A stretch of DNA of 64,000 nucleotides from Ferrovibrio sp. (lineage in GTDB: Bacteria > Pseudomonadota > Alphaproteobacteria > Ferrovibrionales > Ferrovibrionaceae): positions 389-64,388 of the forward strand of contig NZ_JAOZVR010000055.1 of NCBI RefSeq assembly GCF_025869515.1, given 5' to 3'. Both the position numbers and the translations under genes were made by a program. Position 1 is the stretch's first letter, and every line of letters starts with the position of its first letter. The notes beneath the pieces are model-generated. The model ran no database searches and was not told where the DNA came from. It was given only the letters and a program-made list of their open reading frames with translations. Below are positions 27,669 to 37,370 of the stretch, piece after piece.

Positions 27669-28300
27669 CCGCGCGCGCTGTCCAGGATGAGACGCAGGCC
27701 GAGCGCCGCCATCACGCCGCCGGCGAGCCGGTCGATCCAGCCCTTGGCGCCGAGATAGACCCGGCGCGGTCCGCCAGCCGAGAAGGCCGTGGCGACCAGG
27801 GCATACCAGCCGCATTCGACGCCGAAGATCGCCGCCGGCAGCGCCAGCGCCAGCCAGAGCGGCAACTGCTGCGACGGAAGCAGCGCGGCGAAGATGCCGG
27901 CATAGACCACGGCGGTTTTCGGATTGCTGAGCTGGGTCAGCAGCCCGACCAGCACCGACCGGCCGAAACCCGCGCCGGCCGTGACGCCGGATGTGTCCAT
28001 GACGAGCGGTTCGCCGGCGCCGCGCCACAGACGGTAAGCCAGATACAGCAGATACAGCCCGCCAGCGATCTTGAGGCCGAGATAGAGCCAGGCGACCTGG
28101 GCCAGCAGCGCGATCAGGCCGAGCAGCGCCAGGCTGGCAAAAACCAGTCCGCCGAGTCCCATGCCCAGTGCGGTGCCAAGCCCGGCGCGGCGCGAACCGG
28201 CAATCGCCGTGCGCGCCACCAGCACGAAGCTGGGCCCCGGGCTGATCGCGCCGAGCGCGATGGCGGCAATGATGCTGAACAGCGGCAGCAGGGTATCCAT
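27665..28300 (-). CDS. LysE/RhtB-family exporter
   Basis: ISPGPSFVLV...GLYLLYLA...LSNPKTAV. Confidence 0.9.
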   Translation of the reverse strand: MDTLLPLFSIIAAIALGAISPGPSFVLVARTAIAGSRRAGLGTALGMGLGGLVFASLALLGLIALLAQVAWLYLGLKIAGGLYLLYLAYRLWRGAGEPLVMDTSGVTAGAGFGRSVLVGLLTQLSNPKTAVVYAGIFAALLPSQQLPLWLALALPAAIFGVECGWYALVATAFSAGGPRRVYLGAKGWIDRLAGGVMAALGLRLILDSARG

Positions 28301-28337
28301 GGTACGACTCCGGCAGGCAGAACCGCAGTATGCCGGA

Positions 28338-28895
28338 TCAGTCGCGCTTTTCCAGCAGCCTGACGACGGCGGCAATACCCTCGGCCAGCGGCCCGTCATT
28401 GTTCAGCAGCGCCACATCGGGGCCTTCCAGCCGGTAGGCCGCGGCGCGCTGCAGCCGCTCCTCGATCTCGGCCGGCGTCTCCCGGCCCCGCTTCAGCAGG
28501 CGTTGCCGCAGCACCTCGGGCGAGGCGTTGATCGCCAGCACCAGCAGGCCGGGATATTTCAGCCGCGCCGTGTCGATCACCGCGCGCGAGACATTCACCA
28601 CCACCTGGCGGCCGGCGGCCAGATCGGCATCGATGCCGGCCGGGATGCCGTAGTGCAGGCCATGGGCCGGCCAGTGCAGGGCGAAGTCGCCGCGCGCCGC
28701 CATGGCGGCGAAATCGGCTTCGGACACAGCAATATAGTCCTCGCCGCCCAGGCCGGGCGGGCGCGTCACCATGCGACGCGGGAACACGATGTCGCTGCGG
28801 CCGGCCAGCGCGGCGCGTGCGCCGTCCAGCAGGCTGTCCTTGCCGACACCGCTCGGTCCCGTCACCAGGACAAGTCGGCCAGGAACGGTGGTCAT
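28338..28895 (-). CDS. phnN: Ribose 1,5-bisphosphokinase
   Basis: VTGPSGVGKDSL...HWPAHGLHYGIP...VVNVSR...RGRE. Confidence 0.95.
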   Translation of the reverse strand: MTTVPGRLVLVTGPSGVGKDSLLDGARAALAGRSDIVFPRRMVTRPPGLGGEDYIAVSEADFAAMAARGDFALHWPAHGLHYGIPAGIDADLAAGRQVVVNVSRAVIDTARLKYPGLLVLAINASPEVLRQRLLKRGRETPAEIEERLQRAAAYRLEGPDVALLNNDGPLAEGIAAVVRLLEKRD

Positions 28896-28899
28896 CGGA

Positions 28900-29460
28900 T
28901 CAGGCGGCGCCCTTCAGCGCGGCGGCCATGATCGGCCGGTAATGCGCCAGATCGGGCGTTTTCAGATTGGGGGTCTTGGCCGCATCGTCCCAGCGCCGCA
29001 GCAATACCGCATCGGCCGCGAAAGGCTGGGCGATGAAACCGGCGGCGTCATCTGCGCTGTAGATACCGCCCTGCACCTCGAGGCTGGTCTTCGAGGCCTG
29101 CGACAGCCCGGCCCAGTACTGCGGCTCGGCCTGACAGAGATAGCGCTTGGCATCGACATGCAGGCGCACCGGCGCCACCACGGCAGCCGGGAAATAGCGT
29201 TCCAGCCAGTCGGCGGCCAGATGCTCATGCCCGGCATCGACGCCGCGCTCGGCGGCCCCTTCGTCGCCATCGCCGACCAGGTGGCCGATATCGTGCAGCA
29301 GCGAGGCCGTGATCAGTTCCGGCGTCGAGCCCGTGCGCTCCGCGTGCATGGCGCATTGCAGGGCATGTTCCAGCTGGCTGACCGCCTCCATGCCGTAGCG
29401 GTCGGCACCGGCCTTTTCCAGCAATGCGATGATCTGGTCGACGATCTGCATGGCGCGCAC
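28900..29460 (-). CDS. Phosphonate-associated HD-domain protein, PhnZ-like
   Basis: YGMEAVSQLEHALQCA...LLHDIGH...HE...LHVDAKRYL...LS.AS..SL..QGG...RRWDD.AK. Confidence 0.88.
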   Translation of the reverse strand: MRAMQIVDQIIALLEKAGADRYGMEAVSQLEHALQCAMHAERTGSTPELITASLLHDIGHLVGDGDEGAAERGVDAGHEHLAADWLERYFPAAVVAPVRLHVDAKRYLCQAEPQYWAGLSQASKTSLEVQGGIYSADDAAGFIAQPFAADAVLLRRWDDAAKTPNLKTPDLAHYRPIMAAALKGAA

Positions 29461-29461
29461 C

Positions 29462-30610
29462 CTACATCACCCGCCGGCCGCCGCGCCATACGGCACGCAC
29501 CACCGGAGTATTGTCGATCATGGCAACGCGCAGCAGGTCGGCCCGCTTGCCGGTCTCGATGGCGCCGCGGTCGGTCAGGCCGACCGCATCCGCCGGGTTG
29601 GCCGAGACCATGGCGATCGCCTGCGGCAGGCTGATCTGCGGCACCTGCTCGGGCACCAGGAAGGCCGACTGCAGCATGCTGCTCGGCACGTAATCCGACG
29701 AAATGATGTCGAGTTCGCCGGCCTCGGCCAGCGACCGCGCCGAGATGTTGCCCGAATGCGAACCGCCGCGTACCACGTTCGGCCCGCCCATCATCACCTT
29801 CATGCCATGCTGGCGCGACAGTTTCGCCGCTTCATGGGTGGTGGGGAACTCCGCCACCACCATGCCATCGGCCGCCGCCTCGGCGACATGCTCGGCCGTG
29901 GCATCGTCATGGCTGGCCAGCGGCAGCCCCTTGGCCCGGCACAGCTCGACCACCGCACGGCGGTTGCGCTCACCATTGGCGGCGGCATTGGTGATCTGCT
30001 CGTGCATGAATTTGTCCATCGCCTCGTCGGAGAGGCCGAACTTGCCCTGGTAATACTGGCGATACTTCTCGGGCTTGACGAACTGCCGCTGGCCCGGCGT
30101 GTGATCCATGATCGAGACCAGCTTGAGCCAGCTCAAATTTGACATCGGCTCGACCAGACCCATCAGATCCCTGAACGAAACCTCGCAGCGCAGATGCAGC
30201 AGGTGTTCGGCGCGCAGCATGCCGTCCTTCTGGGCGCCCTCGATGGCGGCAATCATCTCGCGCAGGATTTCCATGCGCACGGCGCCGTCGCGCACATCGC
30301 CCACCGCCACCGCATCCATCACCGTGGTGATGCCGGCGGCCGCCACCTGGGCATCGTGGTTGATCACCGCCAGCCTGGCCGGCCAGCGCACGCCCGGCCG
30401 CGGGGCGAAATGCTTTTCCAGATTGTCGGTATGCAGCTCGACCAGGCCGGGCAGCAGATAGTCGCCGCCGAAATCCTCGACGCCGCCGACAGCCGAGGGG
30501 CCGGTGGAAATATCGGCAATCACGCCATCGCGCGCCAGCAGGCTGCCAACGGCGATTTCATCCTTGCGCCCGACGATACGGGCATTGGTAACGACCAGAT
30601 CGGCAGTCAT
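29462..30610 (-). CDS. phnM: Alpha-D-ribose 1-methylphosphonate 5-triphosphate diphosphatase
   Basis: LPGLVELHTDNLE...HLRCE...MDHTPGQRQF...ASHDD...GGSHSGN...SSDYVP. Confidence 0.96.
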   Translation of the reverse strand: MTADLVVTNARIVGRKDEIAVGSLLARDGVIADISTGPSAVGGVEDFGGDYLLPGLVELHTDNLEKHFAPRPGVRWPARLAVINHDAQVAAAGITTVMDAVAVGDVRDGAVRMEILREMIAAIEGAQKDGMLRAEHLLHLRCEVSFRDLMGLVEPMSNLSWLKLVSIMDHTPGQRQFVKPEKYRQYYQGKFGLSDEAMDKFMHEQITNAAANGERNRRAVVELCRAKGLPLASHDDATAEHVAEAAADGMVVAEFPTTHEAAKLSRQHGMKVMMGGPNVVRGGSHSGNISARSLAEAGELDIISSDYVPSSMLQSAFLVPEQVPQISLPQAIAMVSANPADAVGLTDRGAIETGKRADLLRVAMIDNTPVVRAVWRGGRRVM

Positions 30611-31314
30611 GCCGCAACTCCCTGACTTTGCAACGGCAACAGACGTGTGGTGATGGCGGCGCGGGTATCGGCATCATGCACGATGGCGACGATGGCTGTC
30701 CCGCGCCGGCGTGCATCATCTATGAGGTTTATGACAATTTTGCGGTTCGCCTCGTCCAGCGAGGCGGTTGGCTCGTCCAGCAGCAGGATCGGATAATCGG
30801 CGCAGAAGCCGCGCGCGATATTGATGCGCTGCTGCTCGCCGCCCGAAAAGGTCGCCGGCGGCAGGTCCCACATCTTTTCGGCGATCTGCAGCCGGGTGAG
30901 CAGTTCGGCGGCGCGGGCACGCGAGGCGTCCAGCCCGGCGCCGCGCGCCAGCAGCGGCTCGGCCACGATATCCAGCGTCGGCACGCGCGGAATCACGCGC
31001 AGGAACTGCGTCACATAGCCCAGGGTGCGCTTGCGGATCTCCAGCACCACGCGCGGCTGAGCATGGACGATATCCACCATCTCGCCGTCATGGCGGATCA
31101 GGATGCGGCCCGATTGCGGCCGGTAATTGCCGTAGATCGAGCGCAGCAGCGTCGACTTGCCGGCACCGGACGGGCCGTGCAGGGTGACGCATTCGCCGCT
31201 GGCCACGCTGAAGCCGGTATTGCGCAGCACCGGCAGGGCGATGCCGCCGCGCAGATGCAGGGTGAAGGTCTTGTCGAGATTTTCGACCTTGATCATGTCG
31301 GTCTTATCACTCAT
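30607..31314 (-). CDS. phnL: C-P lyase system ATPase PhnL
   Basis: KTFTLHL.GG...GPSGAGKS...QFLRVIPRV...PATFSGGEQQRINIARG. Confidence 0.95.
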   Translation of the reverse strand: MSDKTDMIKVENLDKTFTLHLRGGIALPVLRNTGFSVASGECVTLHGPSGAGKSTLLRSIYGNYRPQSGRILIRHDGEMVDIVHAQPRVVLEIRKRTLGYVTQFLRVIPRVPTLDIVAEPLLARGAGLDASRARAAELLTRLQIAEKMWDLPPATFSGGEQQRINIARGFCADYPILLLDEPTASLDEANRKIVINLIDDARRRGTAIVAIVHDADTRAAITTRLLPLQSQGVAA

Positions 31315-31323
31315 GGGACAGCC

Positions 31324-32109
31324 TCACACGCTCAGCACGGAAGAAACCAGCAGCTGGGTATAGGCATGCTGCGGATCGTCGAGCAACTGGTCGGTCAGGC
31401 CGGCCTCCACCACCTGGCCGCGCCGCATCACCATCAGGCGATGCGCCAGCAGGCGGGCAACGCCCAGATCATGCGTCACCACGATGCAGGCGACGTTATG
31501 CTCCTGCACCAGGCGACGGATCAGGTCGAGCAGGCGCGCCTGCACCGACACATCCAGGCCGCCGGTCGGCTCGTCCATCAGCACGATGCGCGGCCGGGTC
31601 ACCAGGTTGCGGGCGATCTGCAGGCGCTGCTGCATGCCGCCCGAGAAGGTGCGCGGCAGGTCGTCGATGCGGTCCGGCGCGATCTCCACCGCCTGCAGCC
31701 AGTCCAGCGCGGTGTCGCGCAAGGACCCGTAATGCTTCTGGCCGAGCGCCATCAGCCGTTCGCCGATATTGGCGCCGGCCGAGAAGGTCATGCGCAGCCC
31801 GTCGCGGGCATGCTGCTGCACGAAACCCCATTCGGTGCGCATCAGGTGGCGGCGCTGCGCCTCGGAAGCCGCGGCGAGGTCGATGATGTCGTTGCCGCCG
31901 GTGCGATAGAGCACCTTGCCGGAATCGACCGACAGCCGGCCGGCAATGGCATTCAGCAAAGTCGACTTGCCCGAACCGGATTCGCCGACGATGCCAAGCA
32001 CCTCACCGGGCCAGAGTTCGAAGGAGACATCGCGGCAGGCGGCCTGGCGGCCGAAGCTCTTGTTCAGCGCCTCGACGCTGAGCAGCGGGGTCTGGTCGAG
32101 GTTGGTCAT
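31324..32109 (-). CDS. phnK: C-P lyase system ATPase PhnK
   Basis: GESGSGKST...RTEWGFVQQ...GANIGERLMA...FSGGMQQRLQIARNL. Start MTNL at 32109. Confidence 0.95.
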   Translation of the reverse strand: MTNLDQTPLLSVEALNKSFGRQAACRDVSFELWPGEVLGIVGESGSGKSTLLNAIAGRLSVDSGKVLYRTGGNDIIDLAAASEAQRRHLMRTEWGFVQQHARDGLRMTFSAGANIGERLMALGQKHYGSLRDTALDWLQAVEIAPDRIDDLPRTFSGGMQQRLQIARNLVTRPRIVLMDEPTGGLDVSVQARLLDLIRRLVQEHNVACIVVTHDLGVARLLAHRLMVMRRGQVVEAGLTDQLLDDPQHAYTQLLVSSVLSV

Positions 32110-33017
32110 TCGGCTGCCTCTGCTTTGTAGGGCGCGCTCATGCGGCCGGTATGGCCGGCCTCGCGACGCTCGCCGCAGTAATCGGTATCCGAGCAGACGA
32201 ACATGCGGCTGCCCTTGTCGTCGAGGATCACTTCGTCGAGGAAGCTGTCGCCAGCGCCGCAAAGGGCGCAGCTCTCGGGCCAGCGTTCCACTTCGAAGGG
32301 ATGATCCTCGAAATCGAGCGGCTTGACCTCGGTATAGGGCGGCACGGCATAGATGCGCTTCTCGCGGCCGGCGCCGAACAGCTGCAGCGCCGGATTCATG
32401 TTCAGTTTCGGCGTGTCGAATTTCGGGATCGGCGAGCAGCGCATCAGGTAGCGCCCGTTCACCACCACCGGATAATCGTAGGCCGTGGAGATATGGCCGT
32501 GCTGGGCGATATCCTCATACAGCTTCACATGCATGACGCCATATTCCGACAGCGCATGCATCTTGCGCGTTTCGGTCTCGCGCGGCTCGAGCCAGCGCAG
32601 CGGCTCCGGGATCGGCACCTGGTAGACCAGGATCTGGCCTTCCGAAAGCGGAATCTCCGGCACGCGGTGGCGGGTCTGGATCAGCGTCGCCGCGCGCGTC
32701 TTCTCGGTGGTAGCGACATTGGTCATGCGCACGAAGAAGCGACGGATCGACACCGCATTGGTGGTGTCGTCGGCGCCCTGGTCGATCACCTTCAGCACAT
32801 CCTTGCTGCCGATCACCGCCGCCGTCACCTGCATGCCACCGGTGCCCCAGCCATAGGGCAGCGGCATCTCGCGGCTGCCGAACGGCACCTGGTAGCCGGG
32901 GATCGCCACGGCTTTCAGGATCGCGCGGCGCAGCATGCGCTTGGTCTGCTCGTCGAGGAAGGCGAAGTTATAGCCGGCGAGCGTCGCGCCCGTCCGGTAG
33001 TTCTGCTGAACACTCAT
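32106..33017 (-). CDS. phnJ: Radical-SAM C-P lyase
   Basis: GYNFAFLDEQTKRMLRRA...GWGTGG...CALCG...FVCSDTDYC. Confidence 0.98.
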   Translation of the reverse strand: MSVQQNYRTGATLAGYNFAFLDEQTKRMLRRAILKAVAIPGYQVPFGSREMPLPYGWGTGGMQVTAAVIGSKDVLKVIDQGADDTTNAVSIRRFFVRMTNVATTEKTRAATLIQTRHRVPEIPLSEGQILVYQVPIPEPLRWLEPRETETRKMHALSEYGVMHVKLYEDIAQHGHISTAYDYPVVVNGRYLMRCSPIPKFDTPKLNMNPALQLFGAGREKRIYAVPPYTEVKPLDFEDHPFEVERWPESCALCGAGDSFLDEVILDDKGSRMFVCSDTDYCGERREAGHTGRMSAPYKAEAAE

Positions 33018-34123
33018 TGCGCGGCCTCCGCCAGTTCGGCCTCTGATTCAGCTTGGGCCGTCGCGATCTCCGCCCGCATGGTGCGCACCAGCGTCAGCTC
33101 GGCCTGGAAATCGACATGATGCGGCAGCTTGAGATGCTGCACGAAGCCCGAGGCCTCGACGTTATCGGCATGGTAGAGCACGAATTCGGCATCCTGCGCC
33201 GGCGCGGTGATGTCCTCGCCCAGTTCCTCGGCCCGCAGCGCGCGGTCGACCAGCGACATGGCCATCGCCTTGCGTTCGGCGAAGCCGAAGGCGAGCCCGT
33301 AGCCGCGGGTGAATTTCGGCGCCTCGGTTTTCGAGCCCTTGAACTGGTTGATCATCTGGCATTCGGTCACGGTGATGTCGCCGATATCGACCGCGAAGCC
33401 CAGCTCGGGGATATCGATCTCGACCGCCACCGCGCCGGAGCGGATTTCGCCCACGAAAGGATGCGACTTGGCGTAGCCGCGCTGGGTGGAATAGCCCAGC
33501 GCCAGCAGATAGCCTTCGTCGGCGCGCGCCAGATTCTGCAGCCGCACATCGCGGCCGGCGGGGAACATCAGCGGCTCGCGCGTCAGGTCGCCGACCGGTG
33601 CATCCTCGGCATCGGGCAGCTCACGTTCGATCAGGCCCTCGGCATTGAGCAGGTCGACCACCTGCGGCAGCGAGTCGGACAGGCTGCCCTTCCCCTCCGC
33701 CTGCGGCACCGCGCCTTCGGCTTCGAGTGCGAAATCCAGCAGGCGATGGGTGTAGTCGAAGGTGGGGCCGAGCAGCTGGCCGCCCGGCATGTCCTTGAAG
33801 CAGGACGAGATGCGGCGCGACACCTGCATGGCCGCGGTATCGATCGGCCGCGTCACCGCCAGGCGCGGCAGCGTGGTGCGATAGGCGCGCAGCAGGAAGA
33901 TCGCCTCCACCTGGTCGCCGCGCGCCTGCTTCAGCGCCAGCGCCGCCAGGTCGGGATCGTAGACCGAACCCTCGGTCATTACGCGGTCTACGCCGTAGCT
34001 CATCTGCTCGCGGATCTGCGCCACGCTGAGTTCCGGCACATCCGGATTGCCGCGCCGATCCTCGGCCAGCAGCTGGTGGGCATTGCCGATGGCGGCTTCG
34101 CCGCCTTTCACAGCCACATACAT
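33014..34123 (-). CDS. phnI: C-P lyase complex subunit PhnI
   Basis: MYVAVKGGE.AI...RRISS.FKD.PGGQLLG...HLKLPHHVDFQAEL. Confidence 0.98.
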   Translation of the reverse strand: MYVAVKGGEAAIGNAHQLLAEDRRGNPDVPELSVAQIREQMSYGVDRVMTEGSVYDPDLAALALKQARGDQVEAIFLLRAYRTTLPRLAVTRPIDTAAMQVSRRISSCFKDMPGGQLLGPTFDYTHRLLDFALEAEGAVPQAEGKGSLSDSLPQVVDLLNAEGLIERELPDAEDAPVGDLTREPLMFPAGRDVRLQNLARADEGYLLALGYSTQRGYAKSHPFVGEIRSGAVAVEIDIPELGFAVDIGDITVTECQMINQFKGSKTEAPKFTRGYGLAFGFAERKAMAMSLVDRALRAEELGEDITAPAQDAEFVLYHADNVEASGFVQHLKLPHHVDFQAELTLVRTMRAEIATAQAESEAELAEAAQ

Positions 34124-34124
34124 G

Positions 34125-34742
34125 TCAGGCTCCCTCGAAAGAGATCATGGTGCTGCGCGGCAGCGCCAGCAGATCGCGGCCGCAGCCGAGATAGAGATCG
34201 AGACCGCGCGGGAATTCGATAGTCAGGGCCGCGCGCCGACGCCATATCGTTGCATCCAGCCCGCAGAGCGGCACTGCGATGCTGTCCTTGATTCCTGGCC
34301 CGCGCCAAACCATGCCGGCTGCACCGGTCAATGCCGGCACCTGCACCAGCAGCGTGGCACCGCGCTCCGGCGCTTCGTCGCTGCCGAGCGAAAAGATCTC
34401 CAGCGCCGGCATCTGCGCGCCATCGAGCAGCACGAAGGCCGCTTCAAGCGGGGTTGCCGCCAGCGGCGCGCCGCTATGGAAGCGCAGCCAGGTTTTCACC
34501 GCATCGGTATCGAAGCCCGGCCCGAGCCAGATCGGCGTATCGAGATCGGCCAGCGTGAGCAGCGCAGCGGCCAGTGCCGGCGCCAGACCATCCGGATGGC
34601 CGGTTTCGGTATCCACCGTCACCACGCGGCCCGGCCGCGCCATGGCATCGAGCAGGGCGCGGAAGGCCTGCTGGCTCTGCTGCACCGGATCGTCGAAGCC
34701 GGGCGCCGGGGGAGTCTGGGGTGCGTTCATCTGCATGGTCAT
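34125..34742 (-). CDS. phnH: C-P lyase complex subunit PhnH
   Basis: PGFDDPV..SQ..FR.LLDAMARPG...WLRFHSGAP...GPGI...FPRGLD...LPRS. Confidence 0.95.
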   Translation of the reverse strand: MTMQMNAPQTPPAPGFDDPVQQSQQAFRALLDAMARPGRVVTVDTETGHPDGLAPALAAALLTLADLDTPIWLGPGFDTDAVKTWLRFHSGAPLAATPLEAAFVLLDGAQMPALEIFSLGSDEAPERGATLLVQVPALTGAAGMVWRGPGIKDSIAVPLCGLDATIWRRRAALTIEFPRGLDLYLGCGRDLLALPRSTMISFEGA

Positions 34743-34744
34743 GC

Positions 34745-35212
34745 TCAGTCCTCTCCGCGCACCAGGGTGAAGAAATCGACCTTGGTGGCCGCCACCTTTG
34801 CCGCGCGCTGCTGCCGCGCTTCAGCCAGCCGGCGCTCCACCGGCGCGATCAGAAGCTGCTCGATCCGCCCGGCCTCCGTTGTGTCCTGGCTCAGCGCATC
34901 GAACACCGCCACCAGTTCGGCGCGACGCTGGTCGCGGCCCTGCACATAGCCGACGCCCATGACACCGTCCTGCAGCGCCACCACGCAGCGCGACAGCGTC
35001 ATCTCGCCCAGATTGAAGCGCTGTCCCGCACCGCCAGCGCGCGCCCGCACCATGGCAAGCCCGGTTTCCGGCTGCTTGAGCCGGCGCCAGGCCGGCGGCG
35101 ACGGCAGCGCGGCCAGCGCCGCCTCCAGCGTGGCGCGGTCGGCGCGCGCCAGCAGGCGCAGGCGGCGCTGCCGGGCAGCGATGTTCGGATCGGAAGAAAC
35201 TTGGGCAGGCAT
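34745..35212 (-). CDS. phnG: C-P lyase complex subunit PhnG
   Basis: PETGLAMVRARAGG.G..FNLGEMT...KVAATKVDFFTLVRGE. Confidence 0.97.
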   Translation of the reverse strand: MPAQVSSDPNIAARQRRLRLLARADRATLEAALAALPSPPAWRRLKQPETGLAMVRARAGGAGQRFNLGEMTLSRCVVALQDGVMGVGYVQGRDQRRAELVAVFDALSQDTTEAGRIEQLLIAPVERRLAEARQQRAAKVAATKVDFFTLVRGED

Positions 35213-35230
35213 ACAGACCTCTTGCGCAGT

Positions 35231-35250
35231 GGTCTAAATTCATCTAGACA
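35231..35250. promoter_or_regulatory. Candidate PhnF (HutC-type) operator GGTCTAAATTCATCTAGACA
   Basis: GTCTA...TAGAC inverted repeat and TCTAGA core in the phnG/phnF divergent region. Confidence 0.55.
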
Positions 35251-35326
35251 TCTACACATTCAATACGCCGATGCCCGAGCTTCAGCAAGCCATGTTTCGG
35301 CGAATCTTTTATGACGGAGCGGTGCG

Positions 35327-36097
35327 ATGACGGCAGCAGAGCGAACCACTGCGAAGACAATCGAGCGCGGCCCCATTGAACGGGGCGCCGGCATGGCGGT
35401 GTGGCGGCAGATCGCCGCCGCCATGGAAACCGCGATCCGCCGCGGCGACTACAGGCCGGGCATCCAGCTGCCGACCGAGAAACAGCTGGCCGACCGTTTC
35501 GGCGTCAATCGCCACACCGTACGCCAGGCGATGAACCGGCTGGCCGAAACCGGCCTGGTCAGCATCGAACAGGGCCGCGGCATGTTTGTCGCCGAGAGTT
35601 CACTGGAGTATCGCATCGGCTCGCGCACGCGCTTCACTGAAAACCTGCTGACCAGGCAGAAAAAGCCGATGCGCGAACTGATCTCGGCCGACCAGGTACC
35701 GGCGCCGGCCGAGATCGCCCGCGCGCTCGGCATCCCGACCGGCGCGCCGCTGTGGCAGATCGAAACCCGCAACCATGCCGATGACCGCGCGGTCAGCATG
35801 AGCAGCCACTTCTTCAGCGTCGACCGCTTCCCGGACATGCCCGAGCAGTTCCGCCGCGCCGGTTCGATCACCGGCGCGCTCAAGCTGGCCGGGGTGGCCG
35901 ATTACACGCGGCGCACCACGCGGATCGCCGCGAAACTGATCGCTGCCGGCGACGCGCGCCTACTGGACCTGCCGCGCACGCGGCCGGTGCTGATCAGTGA
36001 GACGGTCAATGTGGACGAGCGCGGCAGGCCGGTGGAATTCGTGCGCGCGCGCTTCGCCGCCGACCATGTGACGCTCAGCATCGAGCATCTCGAATAG
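35327..36097 (+). CDS. phnF: Phosphonate metabolism regulator, GntR/HutC with UTRA domain
   Basis: WRQIA...LPTEKQLA.RFGVNRHTVR...QGRGMFV...Y.IG.RTRFTEN. Confidence 0.95.
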   Translation: MTAAERTTAKTIERGPIERGAGMAVWRQIAAAMETAIRRGDYRPGIQLPTEKQLADRFGVNRHTVRQAMNRLAETGLVSIEQGRGMFVAESSLEYRIGSRTRFTENLLTRQKKPMRELISADQVPAPAEIARALGIPTGAPLWQIETRNHADDRAVSMSSHFFSVDRFPDMPEQFRRAGSITGALKLAGVADYTRRTTRIAAKLIAAGDARLLDLPRTRPVLISETVNVDERGRPVEFVRARFAADHVTLSIEHLE

Positions 36098-36101
36098 GCG
36101 C

Positions 36102-36647
36102 TTAATTCAGCCGGCCAAGCACGCCATAGCCCTGCCGCGCCATCACGATCACCTCGCCGCTGGCCGGATAGATGCCGGTCAGCGCCGTGATGTTGACCTG
36201 ATGCGTCACCAGCACCGCTGGCTGCCCGGCCGGCAGACCGGCAACCAGCTGGCGCAGGGCGCGGGTTTCGGCCGCCGCCGCTTCGGACCGCCCGAAGAAG
36301 GAGTTCAGCGCCGGCGCATCCTGCACCGGACCGAGGCCCAGGGCCGCCGCGGTATCGCGGCAGCGGCACCACTGGCTGCTGCGGATTTCGGCATTGGCAA
36401 TGCCGTTGGCGCGGAACTGCTGCCCCAGACGCGCCGCCTGGGCGCGGCCGGCCGGCGACAGGTTGCGCTGCGTGGCACAGGCCTCCAGGCGGAAACCGGG
36501 CGGGTCGCCGGTGCCGGGCGCCTCGGCATGGCGGATCAGCGCCACGGCCTCGCCGCTGCGCAGGGCCTGCCACAGGGCAGGATCGGCGGCGGCAGGGCCG
36601 ACACAGCACAGCCACAAACCGGTGGCAAACTGGAACAGTCGCATCAT
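36102..36647 (-). CDS. Histidine phosphatase family protein, probably exported
   Basis: IRHAEAPG.GDP...C.TQRNLS..GR...SSQWCRC..TA...LVTHQVNI. Confidence 0.88.
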   Translation of the reverse strand: MMRLFQFATGLWLCCVGPAAADPALWQALRSGEAVALIRHAEAPGTGDPPGFRLEACATQRNLSPAGRAQAARLGQQFRANGIANAEIRSSQWCRCRDTAAALGLGPVQDAPALNSFFGRSEAAAAETRALRQLVAGLPAGQPAVLVTHQVNITALTGIYPASGEVIVMARQGYGVLGRLN

Positions 36648-36724
36648 GGCCCTCGTCCTCGGCGCCGGGAAATCTAGATCCTGGTCATGGATATAGGCCG
36701 GAGACGGGAGCGGGCGAGGACCGG

Positions 36725-37276
36725 ATGGATTTGCCGGTGGCAGAAACACTGAAGCTGCTCCTGAACGGCATTGCCGATAATGCGGGAGCGAAATCGCATG
36801 ACCGGCTCGGCGTCCTGTTCGCCACCCTGCAGGATCCGGCCTGTGGCCGGCCGGCGCATGAGATCGAGGACGAGATCTGGGCGATCTGGACCAGTCACGA
36901 GAATCCGGCCCTGGAAGCGCGGCTGCAGCGCGCGATTTCCGGCATTGCGCGGCGGCGCTTTTCCGAAGCCGAACAGGTGCTGGACGATCTGGTCCGCGAT
37001 GCGCCGCGCTGGGCGGAAGCCTGGAACAAGCGCGCCACCCTGCGTTTCCTGACCCAGCGCGATGCCGACAGCATCGCCGATATCCGCTGCACCCTGCAGC
37101 TCGAACCGCGCCATTTCGGTGCCATCTGCGGCTTCGCCCAGGTCTGTCTGCGCCATGGCGAGACAGCGGCGGCGGCCAGCGCCTTCGGCGCCGCCCTGCG
37201 GCTCAACCCGCATCTGGAGAGCGTGCGCGCCGCCCTGACCGAACTGGAGCCGCCGCCACCGGCCCGGCTGAACTGA
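36725..37276 (+). CDS. Tetratricopeptide-repeat protein
   Basis: AEAWNKRAT...DSIADI..TL.LEPRHFGA...G. Confidence 0.8.
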   Translation: MDLPVAETLKLLLNGIADNAGAKSHDRLGVLFATLQDPACGRPAHEIEDEIWAIWTSHENPALEARLQRAISGIARRRFSEAEQVLDDLVRDAPRWAEAWNKRATLRFLTQRDADSIADIRCTLQLEPRHFGAICGFAQVCLRHGETAAAASAFGAALRLNPHLESVRAALTELEPPPPARLN

Positions 37277-37370
37277 CCGGCCCAGAGCGGTTGCGACAGC
37301 CGGTGCAGCGATTTCCACCTTGCAGGAATCGCTGCAAGCAGCCATCTTCCCGCAAAACTTCGCCCCGACC

